64,000 bases of DNA, from assembly GCF_041956535.1 (NCBI RefSeq), contig NW_027192209.1, forward strand, positions 12,092 to 76,091. The letters run 5' to 3'. Every line of letters starts with the position of its first letter. Within the stretch, counting starts at the first letter, position 1. Positions 43,251 through 58,879 of the stretch are shown here, one piece after another. This DNA is from Calcarisporiella thermophila CBS 279.70. Taxonomy: Eukaryota > Fungi > Calcarisporiellomycota. The notes under the pieces were generated by a model that saw only the letters and a list, made by a program, of their open reading frames with translations, had not been told where the DNA came from and did no database searches. The position numbers were made by a program, and so were the translations under genes.

Positions 43251-43367
43251 TTATAATTTACTTAATAAAAATAACAGTGGTTTCATTTCCAGGGATCACT
43301 TGGCCAATATACAGCGCAATACTAGCTCAATTTTTTAAATTCAAGGCTGTGCTAAGATGCTAAGATT

Positions 43368-43376
43368 TTGACTCAT
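43368..43376. promoter_or_regulatory. Gcn4/CpcA-type site TTGACTCAT upstream of the aminotransferase
   Basis: Same 9-mer as at THR4, ~100 bp upstream of the ATG at 43475. Confidence 0.55.
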
Positions 43377-43474
43377 TTTTTGCCACCAAAAGTTTAGTGA
43401 TAATCAATTTAGATGCTTAAACTTCATTTCATCGATCCGCACAGACTCCTTTTGACAAACACATAACGATCACC

Positions 43475-45106
<1,632 letters not shown>

Positions 45107-45370
45107 AACAACGAACCCGAGAGTAAAATAGTTCTAGAATGGGGGGAGGGGGGAGACGTACATAATCCAAACGGTGTTCAAATATATGACTTCCAATAAA
45201 TTGTTTAGACTGGTTCAATTGAGAAAGGGGATTTCTTATTTTTGACTGCATAAGTTAAATACTAGATATACATGAAGAGAGGTTCTGCACGATGGATGAT
45301 GCTCCAAAGCAAACAGACAAGAAGAAGCACGCTGATATCATCATTAATGGGGATATACACTGGAAACGCT

Positions 45371-47348
45371 TCACTCCACGTTTCCACTAAAGGCTTGGAC
45401 CAACATGAACACATTCAGCCCCACCAGGAGGAGCGCACACGCGCCACCCAACACGGTGAGCCAGATGGGGTTGACAAAATCGATGTATTGAGCATCCTCG
45501 GCCTCCTCTACAGTACTATTATTATTATTAGTTTTGCTGATATTACTCTTGGCATCCGCTCCAGCATCAGCCTCAGTTTTTTCCTCAGTTTCGGTTTCGG
45601 CTTCGGCTTCAGGCGGCTGACTCGATGGTTCGCCTTGCTCGCTTTTTACCTCTCCGTCCGCCTTGCTCTCGCGTCGCTCCAGAAGATCCGCGTCGGCTGG
45701 GCGTGGGTGCAGGGTCACGCGCATCACTCGTTTCCACGACGTGAAAATGACCAGAGGAATCACGGCAAAGGGCAACTGGATGCTCAGCGCCACCTGGCTC
45801 ATGACAAGAAGACTGTCTAGGCCTTGTTCACCGCGCGATATCGCCACAATCATGGCGGGGATGATGGCCAGTCCTCGAGTGAGGATTCGACGAAGCCACG
45901 GCCGCAATGTGAGGCCGAGGTACCCATTCATGACCACGGAGCCCGCGAGAGTGGCCGTCAGAGTGCTCGATTGACCAGCAATCTGGACAGCATTTCAACG
46001 AAAAGAACAAGGGTTACTCTCCATGGTGTGTATGGGAGGGAGGGGGGGGGGGGCAAATAGCCAACAAATATCAAATTACCAAGAGGGCAAAAGCGAACAG
46101 GAAACCTGCCACCCGGCTCAAGTATTGATTCAACAAGTCGTATGCATCATGCAGCGACGCGACGTCGGTCTTGTTGGAGCCATAGTAGAAAGAAGCGGCG
46201 GAGACGATCAAGATGGCAGAGTTCACGAAGAGCGCAAAGGTGAGCGCGAAAATGGTGTCGACGATGGAGAAGGTCATGTTGTCTCGGATGGCGTCCCGTA
46301 CCAACTTGAGGGATATCTGATCAGCAGACTTGCCGTTGATTCCCACTTTCTTTGGAGAGGCAAGGCCATGGTAATCGCTCGCGTCCTCATCCTTGCTTGA
46401 GATGGCCGTCTCCACCACAGAGCCACGAGGGACTTGGCTCCGGAAATTACGCCATTCCTCCTCCGCCTGAGCTCGCACGTGTTGCGCGCGTACTTGCACC
46501 AGGTACGAGTGAAGATAGAGGTTGTGGGGCATGACGGTTGCTCCGATGATGCCAATGGCTATGTAGAGCATCCCGCCATTGGTGAACAGCTCACCGCTGG
46601 GGAGATATCCCTTCAGGACGTCCACCGCATTCGGATTGGCGTAGACTAGCTCGACAATGAAGCAAGCGCCCACGAGCGAGACCAGAACGATGACGAACGC
46701 CTCGAAGATTCGAGCCGTGCGCATAGACCCTTCCCGATAGAAGGCCAGGATAAACAGCACGTCCAACCCGGTCACCAGCACACCCCATGGAAGCGCGAGC
46801 CCCGTCAACAGGTTGAGCGCCAATGCACTCCCAATGACCTCGGCCAGATCGCATGCTATAATGGCCAATTCCGCGAGCACGTAGAGCGCGTAGTTGACGT
46901 ATTTCGGGAGGAGGTACCTGCAGTTTTCCGCCAGGTCGCGCTGCGTCACGACGCCGAGGCGCACTGTAAGCGATTGCAGGAGCACGGCCATGATGTTCGC
47001 AAGGAAAATAATGAAGAGGAGGCTATACCCGTGTTTGGAGCCGCCGGCCAAGTCGGTGGCCCAGTTCCCCGGATCCTACGGAAATGGCAGAGTTAGGGCG
47101 CGAAGGGGAGGGGCGGAAACAGGGACCATGGCTGGCATACCAAGTACCCCACGGCAATGACTGCTCCGACACGAATTGAAAGCAGCCGTTGACAAGCATG
47201 TCAATAAAGTTAGAATGCATGAACAAAGGAGGCCAGCCGGCCGGCCGCATCACTCACCGTAGCCAGGGCCCACAAAGGCAAGGAAGCGCTTGAGCGTGTC
47301 CAAGCACGCGCGCAGCTTGTTGTTGAGTCTCATTTCCCGGATTTTCAT
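45371..47348 (-). CDS. NRAMP family divalent metal (Mn/Fe) transporter
   Basis: GPGY-VIAVGYL-DPGNWATD (uses a 20-nt micro-exon at 47141-47160), GATVMPHNLYLHS and SQVALSIQLPFA. Confidence 0.95.
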
Positions 47349-47899
47349 AGCGCAATGGGAGGGTGCAATATATGGGCAGACAGCGGTGATTGCTAAATAA
47401 AAAGCAAGTCCAATTTAAATCCCTCCCACTGCGCTCGAATGGCTTGAAAACCGTTCCGGAATTTCCCCGCGGATGTCGCTCAAACAATTTCAAAGCGGGA
47501 AACTCCGCAAACTCCCTCCTCTAGTGCAAAAATACTGGGCCATTTCATTTGCTATCCAAAAACATGTACGCGCGCTCGCACGCGCGCACGCTCACACGCT
47601 CACACACATGCACACACACAAAACTAACCGAACAATTATATTAAAAAAATTGACTGTGTAAACGTGAGTATAAGTGGACGCTTTTTCGAATCCATAACGG
47701 CAAAGAAAAACAACATGTGCGGAAAATCAAAGCAAGCAAGAAAGTGGAGTGAAGATTATAATATAGTATATAAAGACGATATATATGTATATATAGATAG
47801 ATAGAATTATACAGAGGGGAGGAGAGTGACAAAATACGTGCTCATAAATATACACAGATACTAGACTAGATTGGGGGTGGTGCCGTTTTGGAGATATGC

Positions 47900-49255
47900 T
47901 TACTCTTTCCACACGACTGCAAACTCCCTCTCCTCCATGACCACACTCCGGGGTAGCTCCGTCTCGTGCCACGGCTTAAACGGGCGCTGACCATCGTCCT
48001 GCGACAGTCGTTGTAACAACAACGTTGCCGTCATAGTGTCGAGCGCGTCGGTCGAGGGGGGGCGGTACTCGTGTTCATGGCGCTCCGGGGGCGCCTCGCG
48101 CCGCACACTAGGCAAATGGCTTTTTGGCACAAAGGTGATCGGGCGAAGGATGCGAGGATGCGGGGGATGCGGGCTGGCGTGCGGATGGTCCTGGACAGGG
48201 TGGAAGCCGCCGCTGCCATCGTGGCTGAACCCGCGGAAGACGGGCACCCCGCCCACGTGGGCTGGGGAGGCCACGGACGAGGGGGAGACACGGCCGCCGC
48301 GCGAGGTGGTGGAGGGCGTGTGCTCGGAGAAGGACCGGGGCCGCCACGCGGGGGCCACGGACTGGTCCGGCGAGGCCGGGGGGAGGCTCGCGGCCTCCTC
48401 GTCGCGGTTGAGGAGCAGCTCCATCCCTCGAGGCAGCCTTGCGAGCCTGTCTGTGGGGGAGGGCGTTTTTGCGCCAGCACATCTGCTACTGCTCGCGCTC
48501 GTCGACATGGGGGGCGGCATCGTCAGCCAGGGCAGGTTGGCGGGGCGCCCGACCGGCAGATCTGGGTGCAGGAGCAGGCAGCCGAACCCTGGCTCGCCGG
48601 GCCGCAGGCAGTTGTCAGGGAATCGCGGCCCAAACAGCGGCACGAGCTCGTAGCGAATCTCGTAGCACGTGCGCCTTGCCAGGAGCTCGGCATACTCAAA
48701 GGGAATCCTTGCGTGGGAAGAGAGGTTAGTCCACATGCACTTTTGCGGGCGCAAGAAGCGAGGGGGGGGGGGGGCGGCGACGTACCAGGTGCCCTGGATG
48801 CGGAGGAAACCTCCTCTAATTTTTTTTACAGGCAGATCGGGATTGGAGTCGATCATGCGCACAATGTCCGTTTTCGAGTTGCCAAGGGCCTACATTCGGG
48901 GGAGGGGGATTAGAGGATCACGCGCGCCGATGCAGGCGCCAGCAGAGCAAGCGGGCTTACCTTCCAAATCCCAGTGAAGTGCACCTCTCCTGTCTCCCTA
49001 TCCCACATGATGACCTGGTCATTGATGGTGAACTCGTAGACTATAAGATAGACGCACACTGATTAACAAACTACACGGCAGGTTAGTCCGGGGAGGGGGG
49101 GGAGCTCAAATAGGACCTGGGATAAAGCCTCTGGGGTCGAGCGAGGTGGAGTATTTGGCGGTGCGGATCAGGAATGGCGGCACGCGGCCAAACCGGGTGC
49201 CGGGTATGTATGGCTGGTAGCGCGGGGTGTTTTGGGTATCGCGTGTTCTAAGCAT
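47900..49255 (-). CDS. XBP1: APSES/KilA-N transcription factor, Xbp1 type
   Basis: KYSTSLDPRGFIP, IMWDRETGEVHFTGIWKALGNSKTDIVRMIDSNP, KIRGGFLRIQGTWIPF and IRYELVPLFGPRFP. Confidence 0.85.
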
Positions 49256-50283
49256 ATATGAGGGCGGGAGGGCGTGGGGCGCGGGGCGCGTGCGGAATGG
49301 AGAATGGCGGCGGCGAGTGGGGCAGTGGGCGGGGGATGCGGCGGCGCGGAATGGGCACGGCAAGGGCGATGGCCAGGAGGGGGAGGGTGGGGAGGGGGGC
49401 GGGGAGAGGGGGGGAGGAGAAAAAGGAGAGATTCGCTTCGGCTTCTTTTTTCCCTGCCTGCCCTTTCTTTTTTTATATGTATTAAAATGCTTCCAGAAGC
49501 ATCATGTGACCGGCTTACTTTTTCGCGCATAACCAGTTTGCGGCAAGGTTTGGCCAATATGGGCCGCCACTGCTTCCCCCTTTCTGCGTTAGAGTTTCCT
49601 CCGCCGTGGCCCTCTCGCCGCCTGCGCGCCGTTCTCACAAACGCAAAGTAGCGTTTGGAGCCTCTCCAGCGGCAATCCCCTCGCCGGCCTAGGGGTTGGT
49701 TCCATGGCTCTGGTTGCCGGCTCGCGATCGTGCGAAAACGCTATTTTGTTTTTCTTTGTGCCACTGCACAGAGTTTGCCCTCTCGCGACCCGTGGGCCCC
49801 TCTCGCGCGCCTGCCGCAGCCCCTCGCCAGGCCGTGTTTTGAGTTCTGTGCAAGATGCGGAAGTTTGCCTGTGCGGAGCAAGGGCTTCTGCGCGAGGGCC
49901 CGGCTTGTGCGCCCAGCCAGGCGATTTTCTCAACATGCTGCAAGCCGCTTTTTCGGCCGCCGAGGCCCGCCTGCGACCGGCGCCTCACCACGGCCCGCCG
50001 CGGCTGTCCCTCCCCTGCGCCTCGCCCGCCTGCAGCCAAGGGGCGTGGGGTGCGGCCGGCGGGCCGGGGACCGGATAGGTGGGGGATGAAACCGAGTCGT
50101 GCCACTGCGTAAGGGAAGGTTTATTGTCGCGGGTGTTTTTCTATTTTGTTGGTAAATGAAATCGGTTTCGGCCAAGCTGGTGCTCATCATCCTGCTGCGG
50201 CGCGGAAATGTCTTCCCTATTTTGAACCGTCGGTTTCGTAAGCAGACCCCCCCCTACTGCTCGAAAAACAAAGAATCTCGACA

Positions 50284-52339
<2,056 letters not shown>

Positions 52340-52657
52340 AAGGGTCCTGAGTCCAGGGTCCCACGCGGCGTGGCGGCGTTTTTGTACCAAAAAATAAATA
52401 AACATCGGAGCGCCCCCCTGGCGTGATCATGGGACGCTTCCTGCTTCAAACTCCCACTCCAATGAACCCCTCCAAGGGATAAAGAGGGAGGAAAAACCAT
52501 GTTTGAGTCTCCATGCTCGATGATATCACCAAAAATAAGAATATGGATTTATTAAACACAACAGAGAATAGCGTGAACATAAAACGGGGCCATGGAACAC
52601 GTCTGAAAAATCCAACCCCCTTCCCCCCAATAGAGCCCCGGGCGGCGCCGGCCGCGA

Positions 52658-54209
52658 TCACATCTCGTCGTCCTGCCCGTGTTCAAACAAGAAATTCGCC
52701 GCCATCTCCTCATTCTTGTCGCACGCAAAATACGCTTGAATCACCGTCTCTCGGTCAAAGCCCAGCGCTTCCAATCGATCAATGGCCGCCTTCTCCTCGG
52801 GCGTCACGTGGATCACGGTCCCCCCCGGGGGAATGCCCCCCATGCCTCCGCCCACGTCACCCTCTGACCCCGTCGCGCCTAGGAGGCGTAAGAACGCGTC
52901 TGGATTACTGTTGATCAGCTGCAGAAGTTGGGGGTTCGAATGGCCTAATTGCTGGAGGAGGGGTTGGAGTAGCGTGGGATTCTGTTGCACAAGCTGACGC
53001 AGCTGCTGGAACTGGGGCTGGTTGCGAAGGAAGGAAAAGTCCGCTTGCTGCTGTTCTGCTTGCTGCTGCTGCGTTTGCTGCTGCTGCTGTTGTGGTGATG
53101 GCTGAGATCCTTGTAATGACTCATGTGGTTCTAAAGAAAAATATCCAGCGACAAGACACATGGATTAGGTCGGAAAATGCCCTGTGGGATGCTGCACCCA
53201 TATAGGGAAATACTCACGAGCGGCGGCGGAGCGTGGAGGCTGCGCACTGGGGCTAGTCTGCTCCCTCAAAAGATTTTCCGGAATACCCTAAGGACAATAG
53301 GATAATGATAATGATAAGAAAAGGGCTTGGCATGAACGGGTGAAGGTTGCACGTTAGTTACCGTCATCAAATATTCAACCGCTCTATCTGGGTTGTTGTA
53401 GCTGGCTCGCATAGCTCGAATCACTTCGTTCCGGTCAAAGCCCATCTCCATCATGTTCTGAATAGCAGTTTCGTATTGAGCTCCAGTCACTATACGAATG
53501 GAGGAGAAAGATGAGAAAATCCCTCCAAACCGCCCGCCAAGAAACGATAATAGAACTCACAAAGCGCGTTAGAGGAATCCCACGCCGAGCCCGTTGATGG
53601 CTGGGTATCGGTGTCAGTGGCAGGAGTGGTTAGGCCAGAAGATGAGGCAGACTGGGATGGGAGGGATGCTGTCGTCAATTGCGTGCTTTCAGGCTTATTA
53701 ATAGAATCGGGTACTGGAGCAGTGGCGGAGGGTGTATTGGTCGGGGCCGTGTTAACGGGAACGGTGGGCTTCGATGATGTGGCCTGCTGCTGACTGGAGG
53801 TGGCTCTTGGCTTGGAAACCATTAAAACCAGGAAGTCTTTTTCTGAAAGCTTGCAGTCCGAAACCGTCTGATCATCGTTCAAAACCTTGCCTGAATCAAT
53901 GGAAAAAAAAAAGGGTCAAACATTCACACTTTATAAAAAAAATTCCATCAATGTACCAGAGAAGATCAGCTTCTGCAACGATGCGGAATGCCCATGATTC
54001 TCCTCGATCTTTCTTTTCAGATCGCCCACCTAAAATTTGAACAAAGCAAAAGTTCGTTTATTAGAATTACTCTGGCGATGGGATTCTTCACCCTCTCCTC
54101 ACTTAGAGGGGGCTTGGCCAATGGAAAGTCATTAGGGACATACTTTATCTTCGGGTTCAGCTTCGATCTGAAAATTCTTCTGATTGAGGGTTTTAACGGT
54201 GATTTTCAT
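52658..54209 (-). CDS. RAD23: UV excision repair / ubiquitin shuttle Rad23
   Basis: UBL (MKITVKTL), UBA1 (MEMGF..RASYNNPDRAVEYL), XPC-binding (FLRNQPQFQQLR) and UBA2 (IQAYFACDKNEEMAANFL). Confidence 0.96.
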
Positions 54210-54432
54210 TGAAGATCGTAGCTGTGTTGGAAAAAGGGACTAGGAAAAAGTTGCCGCCAAAACTTCTACTTTTGACCGTCGGATGTTCATGCCCTCAACG
54301 TGTGACTTTCTTGAGCAAATCTTGTATATTTCAGATCGAGCCTTATTAGCATTACTTTGATTTTAATACAGAGCTCCTCCATCGCTACATGGTTCGCTCT
54401 TCTTGTTTGAGATATGAAAGACTAGTTGCATC

Positions 54433-57400
54433 ATGAAAGATACTTGGAGAGGAGATCCCTACGTTGTAAGTGTTTCTGTCCGTTTATTTTCTCTGACCAC
54501 CAGGCGCCAGCATGCTCATTGACCTCTTCCCTTGCATCGCGATGTTTAGCACATCACCAAAGCTCAAGTTGCCTTTGAGCTCATACCAAAAATGAGCGAT
54601 GTAGAGCTCAAACACGCGATCACGAATATCAAGGATTCGGTGGAAATTGACAATAAAGATCGGGTGAACCTCCACGATACCGGCTTGAGGGAGGAATTAG
54701 AGCAGCGATTGAAAAATGCGCTGTATCAATTGACCTACAATACGGATTCGCAAAGATATTGGACCATACGACGCTTAGTGTGTGATGCTGTGATGGATAA
54801 AAGGTGAGATACTTGCTTTTAGCGAATTCTATCGTCGAATTTTAATCCCGTCCATTAGCAAAGTGCCCAAGCCTATTCGCCGCGATAAACCGGCTTCTTT
54901 CCATCGTGGTAATGGCCGAGGATCCCATAGCCGAACCCTCACATCAAGTGAGAACGCACATCGCTCAAGTGGACACGATCACACTCGCCCTTCAAATATG
55001 ATTCATCCAAAGCACTCTTTGCACACAGGATCTCCGCCCCTGCCTCACACCCTATCTTCGAGATATCCCTCAAGACCTGAGAGGCCCTCCGCCAAGAACG
55101 AACCCGCTGTGATACCGACAAATCCTTCAGCATCCGAGAAACCTATCCCTTCCAATTTTTCTCATCGTGCTCCTCGCTACCCTCCGCATTCCCAAGGAAA
55201 CGCCTCCCCAAGGCCTCACCGGTCCGAATCTTTTAGCTCAAATTCTCGTCGGAACGATTCCCGCTATTCCTCCCTAAGAAATCCGAAAACCCCTACCTCC
55301 AACCCCGATTCACCCAGTGCTGTCCATCATGACTCTCTGTCCACCCCATCGGCCTCCAGACCATTCTCCCACAGCCTATTCGAAACCAAAGCTCGAAGAT
55401 ACCCAAACAGCAGTCCTGAGCAACTCCCTTCACACGCTTCAAGTCCAGCCGCTCCAACCCCAAACCCCAGAACTGAGCCCTCCTATCGGCCTAATCATTC
55501 TCGAGCACTGCAAGCAAATAGACATGCTAAAAGCTTCGTTCCCAAGACTAAAGACCAACCATCGAAAGAACATCATCGGCGGGCTTGCTGTAAAAATCAC
55601 GGTAAAGTTACTTCATGTTGCGCCGCCGCCATTCCGATCATACCCAAGAAAATCAAAGTCAATAGTAGCACGGACCCCCGGGCGAGTATTCCCGTCGTCA
55701 TGGCTGCAAACCGTGCACCAAACGTCCCAGCAGCATATAAATTAAATCAGCGCCCTCGCCCTCCATCTACCCCTGCACTCCCTTCCAATCCCGCCCCCCA
55801 CGGCATGGTAACCGCCTCGGACCAAAGTAAAAATATCCCGCCTAGTTCTGCCCACGACCCTATTCATGTTCCGAAGACAGCCTCTATTCCAGGTACTCCT
55901 GAAGCTATTCCTGGAAATGAAGCCAATTCCCCTGTATCACCCATATCTCTACCGGATGAATGCAGCTCCATCTCTTTGGTAGATACATCGCCCGCGTCAG
56001 TCATCTTTCCATCACAATCCGCCCTTCAACTTGAGACTCCCGCAGTAACCACGTTATCCACTGCGCGATCCTCTGTTTGCAATGATATCACAAGTCCCCT
56101 AGCCCGGTCAGTGGAAGGAGACATAGGAGAGGTACAAGATGTGAATGGAGACTTGAATGCGGTGGAAAGAAATGAAACGGAGACAGCTAACACGATGGAG
56201 GAGCAAGGTGTAGTGGTGGAATTGGAGGCGGAAGAAGTGGTTGTGGAGGAGGAAGTCCAAGCAGAAGAGGAAGAGGAAAGCGGGAAGGGCATGGAAAACA
56301 ATGCGGAAGCGGAGCCTATTGCTGACGCAACGTGCCCCTCTCTTTATAAGCCCACACCAAAGTCCTTAGGAGAATTCAACTTTGCTCCGCATCCGTTTTT
56401 TATTGTCTTAGAGCGTATCTCCCAGCCAAAGCTGATTCCAGGTTCGAGATTTTTTTTTTATTTCTGGCCGTAGCTTTTATGTTTGACTCATAAGCTTCTC
56501 CCTTAGATGCAATGGAGTTCACTCTAACCTCGGATCACATCAGGATGCTAAAAATGAAGTTTGTTTCCCGTCATTCTTGTTCCAAGCCGCCAAAGGTGTT
56601 AACTTTTTGCTTTACTTTACCCAGCATATCATCACCCTGTAAGCTGTTACTCTTTTGTGCAATGGCAAAGGCATCCCTTGGAAAGGATCGTCGAGTCGAG
56701 GTCGGATTTCCATCTTTTGGTGACGTGTATGTTAATGGGATTAACATTAAAGCGGTAAAACCCTCAATTGGTTAAGAAGCACATTTCTCTACTCAATAAA
56801 CTCACGATGTTCATTCAATTTAGAACCTGCGGCCCGCTGGCACCTCACGACTTCCCGATCTGACTTCACACTGCACTTTGGTTGAGGAGCGTTCTAATTT
56901 TGTGGTTCTCAGTGCTCCGTTCAAGGTGAGTGGAGGGCTTCCATCTCTCCATTTAACGGTTCTCTAATCTGGCTTACTCATTTCCCAATAGAAAAACTCC
57001 CACGTTGCGATAGTTCAACTGGTGCAGATGCGATCCCACGAATACATTCTGGATTGGATTAAATCGCAAAAGACGCTGACCAAGCAGGAGGTGCTAAAGA
57101 AAAGTACGTAGCTTTATCTGCTTCAGCTGAAAATGAGAGCATTTTTGACCCGCTTCTTTTTAATCTCGATAAGTACGAGCCCGTGCTGAGGATCCGGACA
57201 TCATGGCCACATCGAGCACCGTCTCGCTGCGATGCCCAGTAAGCTTTGCCTATCTCGCGAAGTATTTTGCTCTTTTATTCACGCGGCTGTTGTGTAGATT
57301 GGATATACGCCTATTCAAATCCCACTACGTACCCCGACCTGCAAACACATCCAATGTTTTGATGGTTACAGCTTCCTCAGCTTGCATGCCCGCAAGCCGC

Positions 57401-57723
57401 TCCACTCTTGGCGCTGCCCTCTTTGTGGCTCAGAGGCGACCCTCTGGGACCTTTTACACGATGGGTTCTTTACATCGATCCTCTGTAACGTGCCGCCCGA
57501 AACAGAAAATGTAATCGTGGAGGCGGATGGAAAGTGGCGAATAGAGACGGAAGCCGACCGTTTGGGACAAAAGCGGAAGAAGTCGCACCCGGAGGTAGTC
57601 ATATGCTTGGATGACGACGAGATCGAGTTGTCCAGGGAGAAAAAGCCCAGGTTGTCCGACTCGGAATCAGAGCGGAGCTCGACAGATGAGGTCGCCGCTC
57701 GAATCACCATTTATGTGGATTGA
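54433..57723 (+). CDS. SIZ/PIAS-type SUMO E3 ligase, divergent paralog A
   Basis: Degenerate SAP-like N-terminus, long P/S-rich insert, PINIT-like exons, SP-RING (SLRCP..CKHIQCFD..WRCPLC) and SIM VVICLDDDE. Confidence 0.85.
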
Positions 57724-58879
57724 TGGGAGAATCCGGCGCATTGCTTAACCTTTGCTTTACAAGTATTCTTTTGCCATTTTATTCCTTTCTTTTTCTTTGT
57801 GTGTTTTCTTTTGACATTTTCCTTGTATATTGTTTTTAATTGGACTTTTCCATGAGCAAAGATTCCCGTAATAATTCTCTCAGAACCTTCTCCCCCCTCC
57901 TAATATATTGCCGCACTATTTAATTAGGCTCTCTCTGCCTTGTTACTAAGGATCGCTTCACTTGTATTACCAATGCGCAACCAATTTACCCCACAGGTAT
58001 TGACGACCGGTCTGGTGGACACCCACATATACCCTAGGGCAGAATATACTTTCCCTTAGGGCCTAATATCTTTGCACGTCGCAATGTTTCGTCAAAATTA
58101 AGTAGCATAGTCAAAGCTGTAGCAAATACTTGGTATCTCAACAAGTTTGTGAGCCCTCTCTATCACCAAGAAAACGCGTCGTGTCGCGAATGCGCGAAAA
58201 AACTCAAAAACTCTGCAAAGATCCCCGTTGTGAATTGACCAAATGGCTCTAAGAGGTTGGTTAAGCATTATTGGGATCAAGTTTTTCCAACATTTAGACT
58301 ATTTCGCCGCAGAGCGGCTTAAATTCGACCAAGAGTGGCAATAACTGAAAATGGGCATTTCCAGCAATAAACAATGCACTTGACCAGTGAATAGCTTTGA
58401 CTTTGTATTGTTTTGTATATTAAAGTGAATATAAATAAAACTTGTGGGTGCCATGGCATGCTGAATGCCATGAGCTCATACTCTCCCTGTGCTCGGCCAG
58501 AAGGTCAAGCAAGTTCTCATACTGAAAGAATTCAGCCAATTCTTTGCGATATTGCTCTTAACTGAGTTAGAAAGTGCCTATAAGAACTAGCATCAGTATC
58601 TCTGACGGGGAATTCAGTACACGGTTTAATCCCCATGGATGGAGCTCTCCAATGGAGCCTAAATGAAACCTATTATTTTCTACAGTGGGTGTCAAATACC
58701 TCTCCCATTCTCGAAATTTGTAAATGATGTGACTGCAAAACTACATCTGAATAACGATTTTCTTAGCGGTGTTCCTTTTTCCTGGTTCAGAAGCTTTTTT
58801 GTAGATACCATTCACTTTTAGCATGCGCATTTTTGTGCCCCTTTTATAATCCGACTGTCACTCGTAAAGTTGATTGATC

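Noticed and set aside
48031-50190. Many overlapping Arg/Gly/Pro-rich ORFs on both strands
   Set aside because: Expected from stop-codon scarcity in very GC-rich DNA; only the spliced APSES gene has conserved motifs.
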